From NCBI GenBank assembly GCA_002269645.1, contig NIVC01000118.1, positions 1 to 64,000 on the forward strand: a stretch of DNA of 64,000 nucleotides. Reading direction: 5' to 3'. The notes under the pieces were generated by a model. That model worked only from the letters and a program-made list of their open reading frames with translations, was not told the origin of the DNA and ran no database searches. The DNA is from Macrostomum lignano. Taxonomy: Eukaryota. Shown piece after piece: positions 9,596 through 18,748 of this stretch. Position numbers and translations under genes: made by a program. Position 1 is the stretch's first letter. Each line of letters opens with the position of its first letter.

Positions 9596-12196
9596 ATGGC
9601 TCAGGCTTCTGATGGTCTGCGTCTCCGCGGCCAGTCCGAACCGCTCACCCGGCGACTCAAGCGACTGCTCGACGAGTACTCCGACGGTCTCGCGGTGCCC
9701 AAGGAGTTGCTGCAGAATGCTGACGACGCGGGAGCCACCGAGGTCACGCTGCTCTACGACTGTCGCGAGAACTCCGACTGGCGCGGCTCCGAGTCGCTGC
9801 TCGATCCGGCGATGGCCGACTGTCAGGGACGGGCGCTGTGGGCCTTCAACAACGCCACCTTCAGCGATGAGGACTTCGACAACATCCTGCAGCTGAGCGG
9901 AGCCACCAAGCTGGAGAAGACGGCCAAGGTCGGTCGCTTCGGTCTGGGCTTCAACTCAGTGTACAACCTGACTGACGTGCCGCAGATCCTCAGTCGACAC
10001 CGCATGCTGATCCTCGACCCGCACGGTGAGCGCAGGGGCGAGGGCTACTTGGAGGCGGTGTACGCGAGTCACGGGGACAGGGACACTGGAGTTGAGCTCG
10101 ACTTTCAAGCACAGCCGAGTCTGCAGGATCGGTACGCCAACCAGTTTGCACCGTTCGCTGGGGTCTTAGGCTGCAATCTGCGAGCGACTGGAGGCCACTT
10201 TGCGGGGTCGCTGCTGCGTCTGCCGCTGCGCACTGAGGCTCAGGCAGCGAAGTCGAAGATCTGCGATCGCGTGTACTCTGACTCGGAGATCCGCGGCTTG
10301 CTGAGACTCGCTGCAGAGCAAGCCGACGCTATGCTTCTGTTCACCCAGACAGTGCGAACATTCCGATGTCTGTTCCTGCCGTCCAATGCGACCGATCCTT
10401 CAAAGCAAACTCAACTCGTGTTCTTCGCTCACAAAAGGCCTCTCAAGTATTTCCAGCAACATGCCATCGCACTGCCACCGCTGCCAATAGCAGGAATGTC
10501 AAAGGCGGATCAAGAGTTCGCTGCTCAGAGCTCCATTCTCAAGGTAGCCGAAGCTCTGATCGTATCTGCTACTAAAAGAGGCCCAGGACAAAATCAAGAG
10601 CATCGCTGTCAAGCGACTGTCGAGGTGGAAGTTCAGCTTGGAGACTCCGCTCAAGACCAGTTCCAGATCAGCACAGCCGCCTCCACCGGAGTGTGGCTCG
10701 TGTGCGCTGCTGTCGGCACTGGGCAGTCGCTCGCTGTCGCGTTGGAGCAGCGTCGTCTCGGACTGGCGCCTGTGGGAGCCGTGGCGCTGCCCATCGAGCA
10801 GTCTCGCAGGATCGTGCCGCTGTCCCGTGACACACGGCCGGCCTCGCTGCTGTTCTGCTTCCTACCGCTGCCTGTAGAAAATCCATTTCCTGTGATGCTG
10901 AATGCGAGCTTCTCCGTCACCTCGAGCCGACGGCACCTCAACGAGGTCACAGTCGACGAGAAGCAGGGCGTGTGGAGTCTCGGCGAGTGGAACCGAGTGC
11001 TGCTCACAGAAGTCATTTGTCCTGCCTACATCGACGCTCTGAAGATTCTAAGTGGAATGTCTTTGGTGAATGCAGAGATTTCGCAAGAGCTGTGGCCTCG
11101 ATTCGACAGAGCTACTCAGTCTGTGTGGAGGCCTCTTATTGAGAAGTTCTACGCTTGCCTGCTTGACGGTCAGGCGTCAATCTTTCACACATCAGCCGGC
11201 TGGAAGAGTTTGGGACACACAGTGTTTCTGGATCCCAGCATCCTGTCACTGGGTGGGATTTCAGATTGTTTGAGTCGACTCGCCACGAGACTCGTGGGTC
11301 AGCACGAAGGTGTTGCATCGTTGACCGATGGAGTTCGACGAACTGTGGAGCAGCTGGGACTGACGAACAAGATTCTGCAGCGTCAGTGGTCGGGCGAGAC
11401 ACTGCTGCTTAATTTGGTGCCGAACATGTCTCGCCTGTGGCAGTCGGGCTACTCTGATGACTGCTTTAGAGCGCTGAAATTCATGCTGGATGTCATCAGT
11501 GGAGGTGGCAATGCAGACTGGAGCTCCCCTTCTAGAATTGTAACTCAAAAGGTTTTGAATTCGTTAAAGCTCTCCTACTGCATTCCTAACGTCGGAAACG
11601 CCCTGTGTCAGCCTCTACAGCTTCTGGACTCCAGCTGTCAGGCTGCAAGGCTATTCGAAATTAACGCAAGCGTGTTTCCTAACAGTGACCTGCAGACACC
11701 GGATCGGCTGAGAGCGCTCCGCACAGTCGGGCTCCGCGCGGATCTCAGTTGGGCCGAGTTGCTGAGTCGCGCTCAGTCAGTTGCTGCGCTCTCCGAGCCT
11801 CAGAGAACCGAGCGCACGGTGTTGCTGCTTTCGTACTTGGATTCGTTCCGTTCTCGGTTTCCAAACCAACCGATTGGTCAGCTGAGAAACGTGGCGTTTC
11901 TACCTGCTTTGAAGAGGCCCAACAACAGTTGCCTTGTCTGGCGAGCTGATCAGTATCCAAAAACGCAAATTTTCCAGCCTAGTCAGCTGTTTGATGCCAG
12001 CTGCAAAGATCTTGCATCCGCATCGCAGCTTATTTTGGACGAGACGGTACTGCGTGATGTTGCCTCATCAAGGAGACGCGATCTTTTGGCTCAAATCGGA
12101 GTTCTGAACGTGAGTTACGTCGCCAATGAGGTGGCCTGGCAGCAGCTGGAAGCTCTGGCCGGCACCCGAGCTGGCAATGAAGAAACTCTGGAGTGA
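9596..12196 (+). CDS. SACS: Sacsin-like protein, segment 1 (first SRR with GHKL/Hsp90-like ATPase motifs)
   Basis: GQSEPLTRRLKRLL..KELLQNADDAGA, FNNATFSDEDF, KVGRFGLGFNSVYNLTDVP, FCFLPLP...PVMLNASF. Most similar in pattern to vertebrate sacsin SRR2. Confidence 0.9.
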   Translation: MAQASDGLRLRGQSEPLTRRLKRLLDEYSDGLAVPKELLQNADDAGATEVTLLYDCRENSDWRGSESLLDPAMADCQGRALWAFNNATFSDEDFDNILQLSGATKLEKTAKVGRFGLGFNSVYNLTDVPQILSRHRMLILDPHGERRGEGYLEAVYASHGDRDTGVELDFQAQPSLQDRYANQFAPFAGVLGCNLRATGGHFAGSLLRLPLRTEAQAAKSKICDRVYSDSEIRGLLRLAAEQADAMLLFTQTVRTFRCLFLPSNATDPSKQTQLVFFAHKRPLKYFQQHAIALPPLPIAGMSKADQEFAAQSSILKVAEALIVSATKRGPGQNQEHRCQATVEVEVQLGDSAQDQFQISTAASTGVWLVCAAVGTGQSLAVALEQRRLGLAPVGAVALPIEQSRRIVPLSRDTRPASLLFCFLPLPVENPFPVMLNASFSVTSSRRHLNEVTVDEKQGVWSLGEWNRVLLTEVICPAYIDALKILSGMSLVNAEISQELWPRFDRATQSVWRPLIEKFYACLLDGQASIFHTSAGWKSLGHTVFLDPSILSLGGISDCLSRLATRLVGQHEGVASLTDGVRRTVEQLGLTNKILQRQWSGETLLLNLVPNMSRLWQSGYSDDCFRALKFMLDVISGGGNADWSSPSRIVTQKVLNSLKLSYCIPNVGNALCQPLQLLDSSCQAARLFEINASVFPNSDLQTPDRLRALRTVGLRADLSWAELLSRAQSVAALSEPQRTERTVLLLSYLDSFRSRFPNQPIGQLRNVAFLPALKRPNNSCLVWRADQYPKTQIFQPSQLFDASCKDLASASQLILDETVLRDVASSRRRDLLAQIGVLNVSYVANEVAWQQLEALAGTRAGNEETLE

Positions 12197-14847
12197 GCCG
12201 GTACGTCTATCGACACCTCAGTGCCCAAATCTCTTCCGGTTATCTCAATGGGAATAGCGTCCTTAGCATGGTGAAACAGACTCCGAATATTATTTGGTCC
12301 CCGAAAGGATTCATAAGGCCTGCTCAAGTAAGTCTGTCGAGATCTGATGCGGGATTCGAGCCATTTCTTCATGTTTTGCCTTCCGAACTAAGCGGCATCC
12401 AGTGCGACAGCTTTTTCAAGGCAGCTGGAGTCAATCAAAAGTTCACGGCATCGCACTATGCAGGTGTGCTTAAACTTCTTTCTCAGCGTTACTCCTCGGC
12501 ACCACTAGCACCTGGCGATCTAGATTTGAGCCTTAAAATACTCGATCAGATCGGCCGCTGTCAGGATGAAGCCTTGGCGACTAAAAACTTGCTCGCACCC
12601 GACCATAGCTGCATTCTGAGATCCTGCACACAGCTGTGCTTTAACAACCTGCCTTGGATGAAGTCTGTGCAACTACCAAATGAGACTTTCTTCTGCCACG
12701 AAAACATCTCCTTCGGGCTGTGCCAGAAGCTTGGAATTCCAAGCCAGAGAGAAAGCATGCTGGCTCAAGCGATGCAGCCTCTGCCTTTCGGCCAACACGA
12801 GGACCTCACAACCAGATTACAGAACATCATTTCCGGATACCCGCTTGGGATCGAGCTCTTCAAGGAACTCATTCAAAACGCTGATGATGCTGGGGCATCA
12901 AAGATCAGCTTCATCATCGATCGTCGGCATCACGGGACCGAGCGAGTGCTGAGTGACAGCTGGAAGGAGCTGCAGGGACCCGCGCTACTCGTCTACAACG
13001 ACTCGACATTCTCCGATGCGGACATCGAAGGCATCCAGAACCTCGGTCTCGGGTCTAAGCGAGACGACGCATGGAAAGCTGGACAGTACGGCATCGGGTT
13101 CAATTGTGTGTACAACATCACGGATGCGCCCTCGTTTCTGTCCGATGGAAAGATTTTCTGCGTGATGGATCCGCACTGCAGGTACATGCCTGGTGCTACT
13201 TTGGCTTCTCCAGGAGGTATGTACAAGAACGTCGAGTGTTTGAAAGATACTTTTCGTGACGTATTTGCTGGATACTTTCTAGAGAGCTTGCCTCAAACGG
13301 GAGGAACCGTGTTTCGACTGCCGCTGAGAACGGTGAGCTCAGCTAAAGAATCTAGAATATGCGAAAGATCGGTCAGTGCCGATGATATCAAGTACCTATT
13401 CGACGAATTCAAGAATGAACTTGGGCGAACTGCCTTGTTTCTCTTGAATATCCGTGAAGTGCAACTCTCTGAAGTATCGGCAGACAACAAGCTTACAACA
13501 GTTTTTGCCGCCAAGTTGGAAGTTGAAAATGTATCAGGGTGCTTCGATGACTTCAAGGAGGCGTGCGAAACTGCCAGTCAACAGCTGCAGACCACGGGAG
13601 CTCAGTTAAGCCGCATTCCAGTCAGCTCGGTCACCTACGAACTCACGGTGAGCGGGACTGGCACCAATTTCAAGCAAAGATGGCTCGTTTTTCAAAAACT
13701 TGGAGGTCGACTGGACAACATGCCCGCACAGCTGCAGCAGCAAGTGGCCTCCGGAAAGTGGCGTCTTCTGCCAAAGACCGGAGTCGCCGCTCCCGAAACA
13801 GGCAACATAGAAGGTCACGTCTACTGTCTGCTGCCATTGCCTGTGACGACTGCACTTCCTGTACACGTGAACGGTCACTTCATTCTGGACCCATCGCGCA
13901 GATCTCTGTGGAAGGCGGATGGAGCTGTAGATGTCAAGGAGCAATGGAACCAAGTGCTGGCCACTCAGCTTCTGCCTGACTGCTACGGCAGTCTACTCGA
14001 AACAGCAAAAGCAGTTTATCCGAATGTGCAGAGCGTACACCACTTCTACAGCCTTCTTCCAGAGTACCACGCAAGCAATCAGACGCTGTGGGGCCAGCTT
14101 GCAAAGCTTGTCTTCCAAAACGCCTTTCGATTTCGATGGGCAATCTTCCCTGTGCACTCCGTACTTGAAAAGCAGCTGAAGTGGCTGCCGCTAGCACAGA
14201 GCTCAGGTGACGCCAGTGGTTGTGCGGCATTCCTGACTCCGCACAATTTGACCGAGTATCTTCAGAACATCCTGAGTAAACTGCAATTTCCCATCATGGT
14301 CCCGGATCATGTAGGCCTTCGTCAGTCGCTTGAGTGGAGCCAGCTGGAGTTCACCCCGGTAGCTGACGCTGTGTCCATTTGCGCATTTCTCAGAGGTCCA
14401 GCCTGCAAGCAACTTCGAGATTCGTTGCCGAGTGATGTGAGCGCGACATCATTTCAAACCCCTGACGCCGTTGTAAGCCTGCTCGCATATCTGCTTGATG
14501 AACTGCAAGAGCAGGTGCAGCATCTCATCGGAGTGCCCTTGAATTTAGGAGCCGGAAACCGACTCTCTGAGTTTGGTCATGGATCGACGCCTCTATTTCT
14601 CACTCAATTCCATGACTTGTTTTCGCACAGTGAAGCAAAGCACGAGTTTGTGCACAAGAAAGTTTTGTCCCAGGTCGATCCGAAGACGCAAAACTATTTG
14701 ATCCGGAGAATGTTTTGCAAAAAGTTTCAGCTGGTGGATTTTCACACTCTTCTGCACAGGGAGCACCCCGCAATCTGCAGGACTGACACTGCCTTTTACC
14801 AAATTCAGAGTTCGGAATGGAAGCCGGGTTTCTCCAACAATGGTTGA
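12193..14847 (+). CDS. SACS: Sacsin-like protein, segment 2 (second SRR); joined to segment 1 by a probable 1-bp deletion
   Basis: FGQHEDLTTRL..KELIQNADDAGA, QGPALLVYNDSTFSDADIEGIQNLGLGSK, GQYGIGFNCVYNITDAPSF, YCLLPLP..LPVHVNGHF (SRR3 pattern). Adding one G in CTGGAG|TGAGC fuses the frames. Confidence 0.9.
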   Translation: MSRYVYRHLSAQISSGYLNGNSVLSMVKQTPNIIWSPKGFIRPAQVSLSRSDAGFEPFLHVLPSELSGIQCDSFFKAAGVNQKFTASHYAGVLKLLSQRYSSAPLAPGDLDLSLKILDQIGRCQDEALATKNLLAPDHSCILRSCTQLCFNNLPWMKSVQLPNETFFCHENISFGLCQKLGIPSQRESMLAQAMQPLPFGQHEDLTTRLQNIISGYPLGIELFKELIQNADDAGASKISFIIDRRHHGTERVLSDSWKELQGPALLVYNDSTFSDADIEGIQNLGLGSKRDDAWKAGQYGIGFNCVYNITDAPSFLSDGKIFCVMDPHCRYMPGATLASPGGMYKNVECLKDTFRDVFAGYFLESLPQTGGTVFRLPLRTVSSAKESRICERSVSADDIKYLFDEFKNELGRTALFLLNIREVQLSEVSADNKLTTVFAAKLEVENVSGCFDDFKEACETASQQLQTTGAQLSRIPVSSVTYELTVSGTGTNFKQRWLVFQKLGGRLDNMPAQLQQQVASGKWRLLPKTGVAAPETGNIEGHVYCLLPLPVTTALPVHVNGHFILDPSRRSLWKADGAVDVKEQWNQVLATQLLPDCYGSLLETAKAVYPNVQSVHHFYSLLPEYHASNQTLWGQLAKLVFQNAFRFRWAIFPVHSVLEKQLKWLPLAQSSGDASGCAAFLTPHNLTEYLQNILSKLQFPIMVPDHVGLRQSLEWSQLEFTPVADAVSICAFLRGPACKQLRDSLPSDVSATSFQTPDAVVSLLAYLLDELQEQVQHLIGVPLNLGAGNRLSEFGHGSTPLFLTQFHDLFSHSEAKHEFVHKKVLSQVDPKTQNYLIRRMFCKKFQLVDFHTLLHREHPAICRTDTAFYQIQSSEWKPGFSNNG

Positions 14848-17800
14848 ATCAAGTGTGGGAGTTTCTGGACAGCCAATGTTCTGAGGAGGATGCACCAATT
14901 CAAAATTTATCCTCTGCCGGACTGAGCAGCGCACACCTGATTCCTGTCAGCCAGTCTCGCTTTGCAAGCCTCTCACTGGCGCCCTGTATTTATGAGCCAA
15001 TCAAATTCCGTCTCGATGACTGCAGCAAAGCAGTCGAGGAGTCTCTGCAGCAACTCAACGCTCCTTCGCTCAGCATGATGGGCTTGAAGCTGGTCGGGAG
15101 TCTGTGTGGCAACGTCAGACAGCCCGAGTCCATGCTGAGAGTGATGGAGTTCGCTCTGAATGAGAACGCTGAGAGATCTGCGACCACTGAGAAGCAAGCT
15201 GTGAGCTTTTTGGTGTACATTCAGAGCAACTGGGGAGAGCTAAGTAAGAGAATGGGAGAGCAGAACCTCCTTGTCAGAGTGCGTCAATTACCGGTGTTTG
15301 TCACTTCTGACGGTCGCTGCTGCGCGCTCAAGTCTGAGCAGGCCTGCATCTTGCCGGCATCGCTCGTGGCTGACGAGATGGACGAGTGGAAGAGCTCCAG
15401 CAAGGCCATCTTCTTGAAGGCAAACTGGTCTCTCACGATGCTGTACGAAAAGCTTCAATGCGACGAAATGGCAGAGCTTGAGGTTTATGCGAGATTTATC
15501 CTGCCAGTCTTTTCAAATTTTACCGACATCACTCGAAAAAAGCATCTCGAAAAACTTCTCAAGCTGAGCTGGAAATTTGAAAGAATTCAAGTGGAGAACC
15601 CTGGCATGTTTCTGATGCTCAGTCAGTCTCTCAGGGCAGCCAAACTCGTTCCGTTTGACGGACAATGGCGGAGCGTCAACACGTTTTATGATGGAAATGT
15701 TGAAATTTTCAAAAAGTTTCTTCAGCCACAATGCTTCTTGCCCGCGCCGTACAATGAAGAGCGATGGAGAACGCTGATGAAATTTTCCGGTCTGATCATG
15801 GAATGCACGGCCGCAATCGCCATCAGCTTCGCCAGTGTGCTGCAAGTGGAGGGAGCCAGTGGTATCACAGATAAGGTATGTGAGAAATCGGAGGCTCTGC
15901 TGCAGTTTATCGACAGCTATGAATTCCGCAAAGACAGAACTGAATCTGTAGTCCGACAACTGGCAGGAATTCAATTTATTGTAGCCAACAGTGACGGCGC
16001 TCTTCAGAGCCTTTGCCAGAGCGATCGAATTCGAATGGCGAGTCTGTCCCAGTGCGCCCTGTTCGAGGCTCGCTTCCTGTGCTGGACTGCCGTGCCCTAC
16101 GGACCGAGCTGTGTTGGCCAGGACAGCTGCTTTGCAAGCTCAGCGATGCCAGTTTCTGATGCCATTTTTCTGCGCCACGTTGGCAACCTTTTCCCTGCAG
16201 CGACCTTCACGTCAGCTGATCTAAAAGGCGAATTCGCAAAACTAAGAAGCCACGTCATGCATGCTGTGTACTCAAGGCTGAGTAGCATTATGAATTCTAC
16301 AGCAGTTCAGTCAATTCTATTTCTGAAAGATATTCCATGTGTACTAATTAGAACCGAAGGCAATAAATCATTTTTTATATCAGCTAGCAGAATTACTCAC
16401 GATAAAAATTCTACTGTTCTGCCTTACATTTACGAGTGTCCTCGAGAATTTTCACAGTTCCGCAAGCTGTTTGCAAAACTGGGAGCTACAGAGTCTGCCA
16501 CAATCGAGCAACTTCGACTTGCATTGGAACTGATTCGGAATGAGCAACAAGGCTCGCTTCGTGCAGAGCAGCTGAACTCAGTTTCACACTGTCTATCGAG
16601 TATCATAGTGCTGCTGGAGCGGGGCAGTGGGCTTCGGTTCCAGCCCGACAGAGTGCTCTTCCTGCCTAAAAGAAGCCAGCATCAAGACAGCAGCACGGAA
16701 GCCGCTTTCGAACTAGTAGACTGCAGGTGTCTGACCATCAACGACTCAGAGGCGCACAACAATCGATTGGTGGACGCGCAGGATGTACAGTTCCTTGATC
16801 TGAGCTTCTGCAAGCTGGGCACTGACAAGCTTCAGAGGCTGTACTTTCATCTGGCAGCCGACATGAGCCTGAAGAAACTGAGCGACAACGTAAGTGAGAG
16901 GCTGCTTTCAGACACCAATAAGTTGTGCAGCGATGGTGAGAGCTGTGAGTCCCTACGCAGTCTGAAAGCTAAGTTGAGTCACCCAGTGCTGCACCTGTGC
17001 ATCGTAAGCATCATGCTGCATGGAAACGAGAATCTTTCTGGCAAAGGAGACGATCGACTGGCTGCAGTGACATCCTTGATATCTCGCTTCTCGGTAGTGT
17101 GTCTTTCCGAGTTGCGCACGTGTCTGCTGCTGGATGGTGTCGAGCAGCAAGATTCGGAGCAGGACAAGAACTTCTTTCTGGATGGGCAGCGGATTCTCAT
17201 GAATCACTCTACGATTCCGGACGACATCGGTGGTGATAGAAAGCAGCTCTGGCAGATGGACTTTATCAAAATCTTAATGCAAGTTTTAAGTAACGGTGTT
17301 AAAATTTTGCCGGAGCAGCAAGGGTATTTGATTCAGGTGCTTCTTATGGACAGTCCAGACAGCATGCTGGCCGTTCTGCGCGGACTAGGAATTGCACTGC
17401 ACCAGACCAGTGAGCAGCAGTTTGCCGAGCCAAGCGCAAGCGATGACTCAATGCTTGGTGAACCTGTACCGGAGTTTGAGCAGTGTCTACTGAAGCAACT
17501 GCCAGATAGACCAAGGGACATTGTCAACCGAATTGTAGCTTATAGAAATAGTGATGGAAGACTTGTTTACGCTCGGGTAGTCGAAAGACACCCTGGTGGC
17601 AGTGATAACCCGTGGACTAGCGAGTTTACTGTTAAAATCGGTGAAGGTTCGAAGTTACGAGTTTCAATGTCTGCGCTGTTCTCCTTTGAAGAGCGATCGT
17701 TCGCACAAGTCATCCAAAATAGTAGCGGGGACCTCATTGAAACGATGGATCAACTGCTGAGCAGTGCAGATTCTCTGACTACTGAGCAGCAGCGCCAGAT

Positions 17801-18506
17801 TTTTCAGCGCATACTGGCTCACTACTCCAACTCGGATGAGTCATTCAATCAGGTGCGAACGCGCGCTAAACGTCATAGATGGACACGAAGGTTCGATCAG
17901 TGCATTGGTGGTTGGCACGAACAGACAACTCGAGTTACCAGGTACCGGCAGATTCTCATCGCAGAGGAAGTTGTCGTCACCAGAAGCTACGGAGGAGGAG
18001 GCTGGAGCAGAGGCCGCAGGTTTCACAACTCTGGTAGATCTGACAGATTGAGATGTGGCGCAAACTTTGCCAGACCGTCGCCTGACGATGCGGCACGGTA
18101 CCTGAAGACGGCGCGGCACGACCTTCGCTCGGCTGCCCGATTGGCTGAGGCCGGAGAGTACAACTGGGCCTGCTACATCAGTTGGCAGGCTACTGAGAAG
18201 GCACTCAAGGCGTTGCTGCTGAGACAGGGTCAGCCCATCGAGCGCAGCCACCAGCTGAGCCAGCATCTGAGCTGCGTCTCGAGCAGCGACCTGCAGAGAA
18301 GCCTGGCCGGTCACGTTGCCGACCTGGCCGGCGCCATGGTGGACGACTGTTGCTACCCGAGCGACCGCAGCCGACCGCGGGTTCCGACTGAGGTCTTCGG
18401 AGCGGAGCAGGCGGCGCGGGCCTGCAGGGAGCGAAAGGCGTCGAACGGTGCGTCTCGTCCGAGTTGGCCGAGTGATCGAGAGTATTTGGCTAGGCTTTAT
18501 ATATGA
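14817..18506 (+). CDS. SACS: Sacsin-like protein, segment 3 (C-terminal region, J-like segment, HEPN)
   Basis: Adding one base in CCGGGTTTCTC gives WKPGFLQQWLNQVW. Sacsin-type LGEPVP...YARVV...FTVKIG segment is present. HEPN: YLKTARHDLRSA..YNWACYISWQATEKALKALL..SHQL..YP. A further 1-bp loss near 18430 would give ...ACREAKGVERCVSSELAE*. Confidence 0.85.
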   Translation: MEAGFLQQWLNQVWEFLDSQCSEEDAPIQNLSSAGLSSAHLIPVSQSRFASLSLAPCIYEPIKFRLDDCSKAVEESLQQLNAPSLSMMGLKLVGSLCGNVRQPESMLRVMEFALNENAERSATTEKQAVSFLVYIQSNWGELSKRMGEQNLLVRVRQLPVFVTSDGRCCALKSEQACILPASLVADEMDEWKSSSKAIFLKANWSLTMLYEKLQCDEMAELEVYARFILPVFSNFTDITRKKHLEKLLKLSWKFERIQVENPGMFLMLSQSLRAAKLVPFDGQWRSVNTFYDGNVEIFKKFLQPQCFLPAPYNEERWRTLMKFSGLIMECTAAIAISFASVLQVEGASGITDKVCEKSEALLQFIDSYEFRKDRTESVVRQLAGIQFIVANSDGALQSLCQSDRIRMASLSQCALFEARFLCWTAVPYGPSCVGQDSCFASSAMPVSDAIFLRHVGNLFPAATFTSADLKGEFAKLRSHVMHAVYSRLSSIMNSTAVQSILFLKDIPCVLIRTEGNKSFFISASRITHDKNSTVLPYIYECPREFSQFRKLFAKLGATESATIEQLRLALELIRNEQQGSLRAEQLNSVSHCLSSIIVLLERGSGLRFQPDRVLFLPKRSQHQDSSTEAAFELVDCRCLTINDSEAHNNRLVDAQDVQFLDLSFCKLGTDKLQRLYFHLAADMSLKKLSDNVSERLLSDTNKLCSDGESCESLRSLKAKLSHPVLHLCIVSIMLHGNENLSGKGDDRLAAVTSLISRFSVVCLSELRTCLLLDGVEQQDSEQDKNFFLDGQRILMNHSTIPDDIGGDRKQLWQMDFIKILMQVLSNGVKILPEQQGYLIQVLLMDSPDSMLAVLRGLGIALHQTSEQQFAEPSASDDSMLGEPVPEFEQCLLKQLPDRPRDIVNRIVAYRNSDGRLVYARVVERHPGGSDNPWTSEFTVKIGEGSKLRVSMSALFSFEERSFAQVIQNSSGDLIETMDQLLSSADSLTTEQQRQIFQRILAHYSNSDESFNQVRTRAKRHRWTRRFDQCIGGWHEQTTRVTRYRQILIAEEVVVTRSYGGGGWSRGRRFHNSGRSDRLRCGANFARPSPDDAARYLKTARHDLRSAARLAEAGEYNWACYISWQATEKALKALLLRQGQPIERSHQLSQHLSCVSSSDLQRSLAGHVADLAGAMVDDCCYPSDRSRPRVPTEVFGAEQAARACRERKASNGASRPSWPSDREYLARLYI

Positions 18507-18748
18507 CGATTGTGATTCTATATGAAGCTTGGGAGAGTGTAGTAATACAGAGTAGATTGTGGAGTAGGAGTAGAAAACTAGTATATTACCATTCATACAA
18601 TTGAAAAACCATTACCAAATTTCCTGTTTAACTCGTAATTAATTGCAGTGCAGCGTACAAAATTATCTGAGGCATATTTAGTTTTTTCCTTTATTTTGTG
18701 TATCGCACTAATAACTTTTTCCATTAAATCACCTTTTTGCGGACTATA

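Noticed and set aside
12190-12196. Bacterial-style stop/start overlap (GTGA) or programmed frameshift between sacsin ORFs
   Set aside because: The locus is eukaryotic, there is no slippery heptamer, and a single-base consensus deletion explains it more simply.
9596-18506. Bacterial contaminant or HGT island (long intronless ORFs, prokaryote-like HEPN)
   Set aside because: The SRR motifs and the domain order are those of metazoan sacsin, which is known to have very large exons, and the flanks are host repeats.
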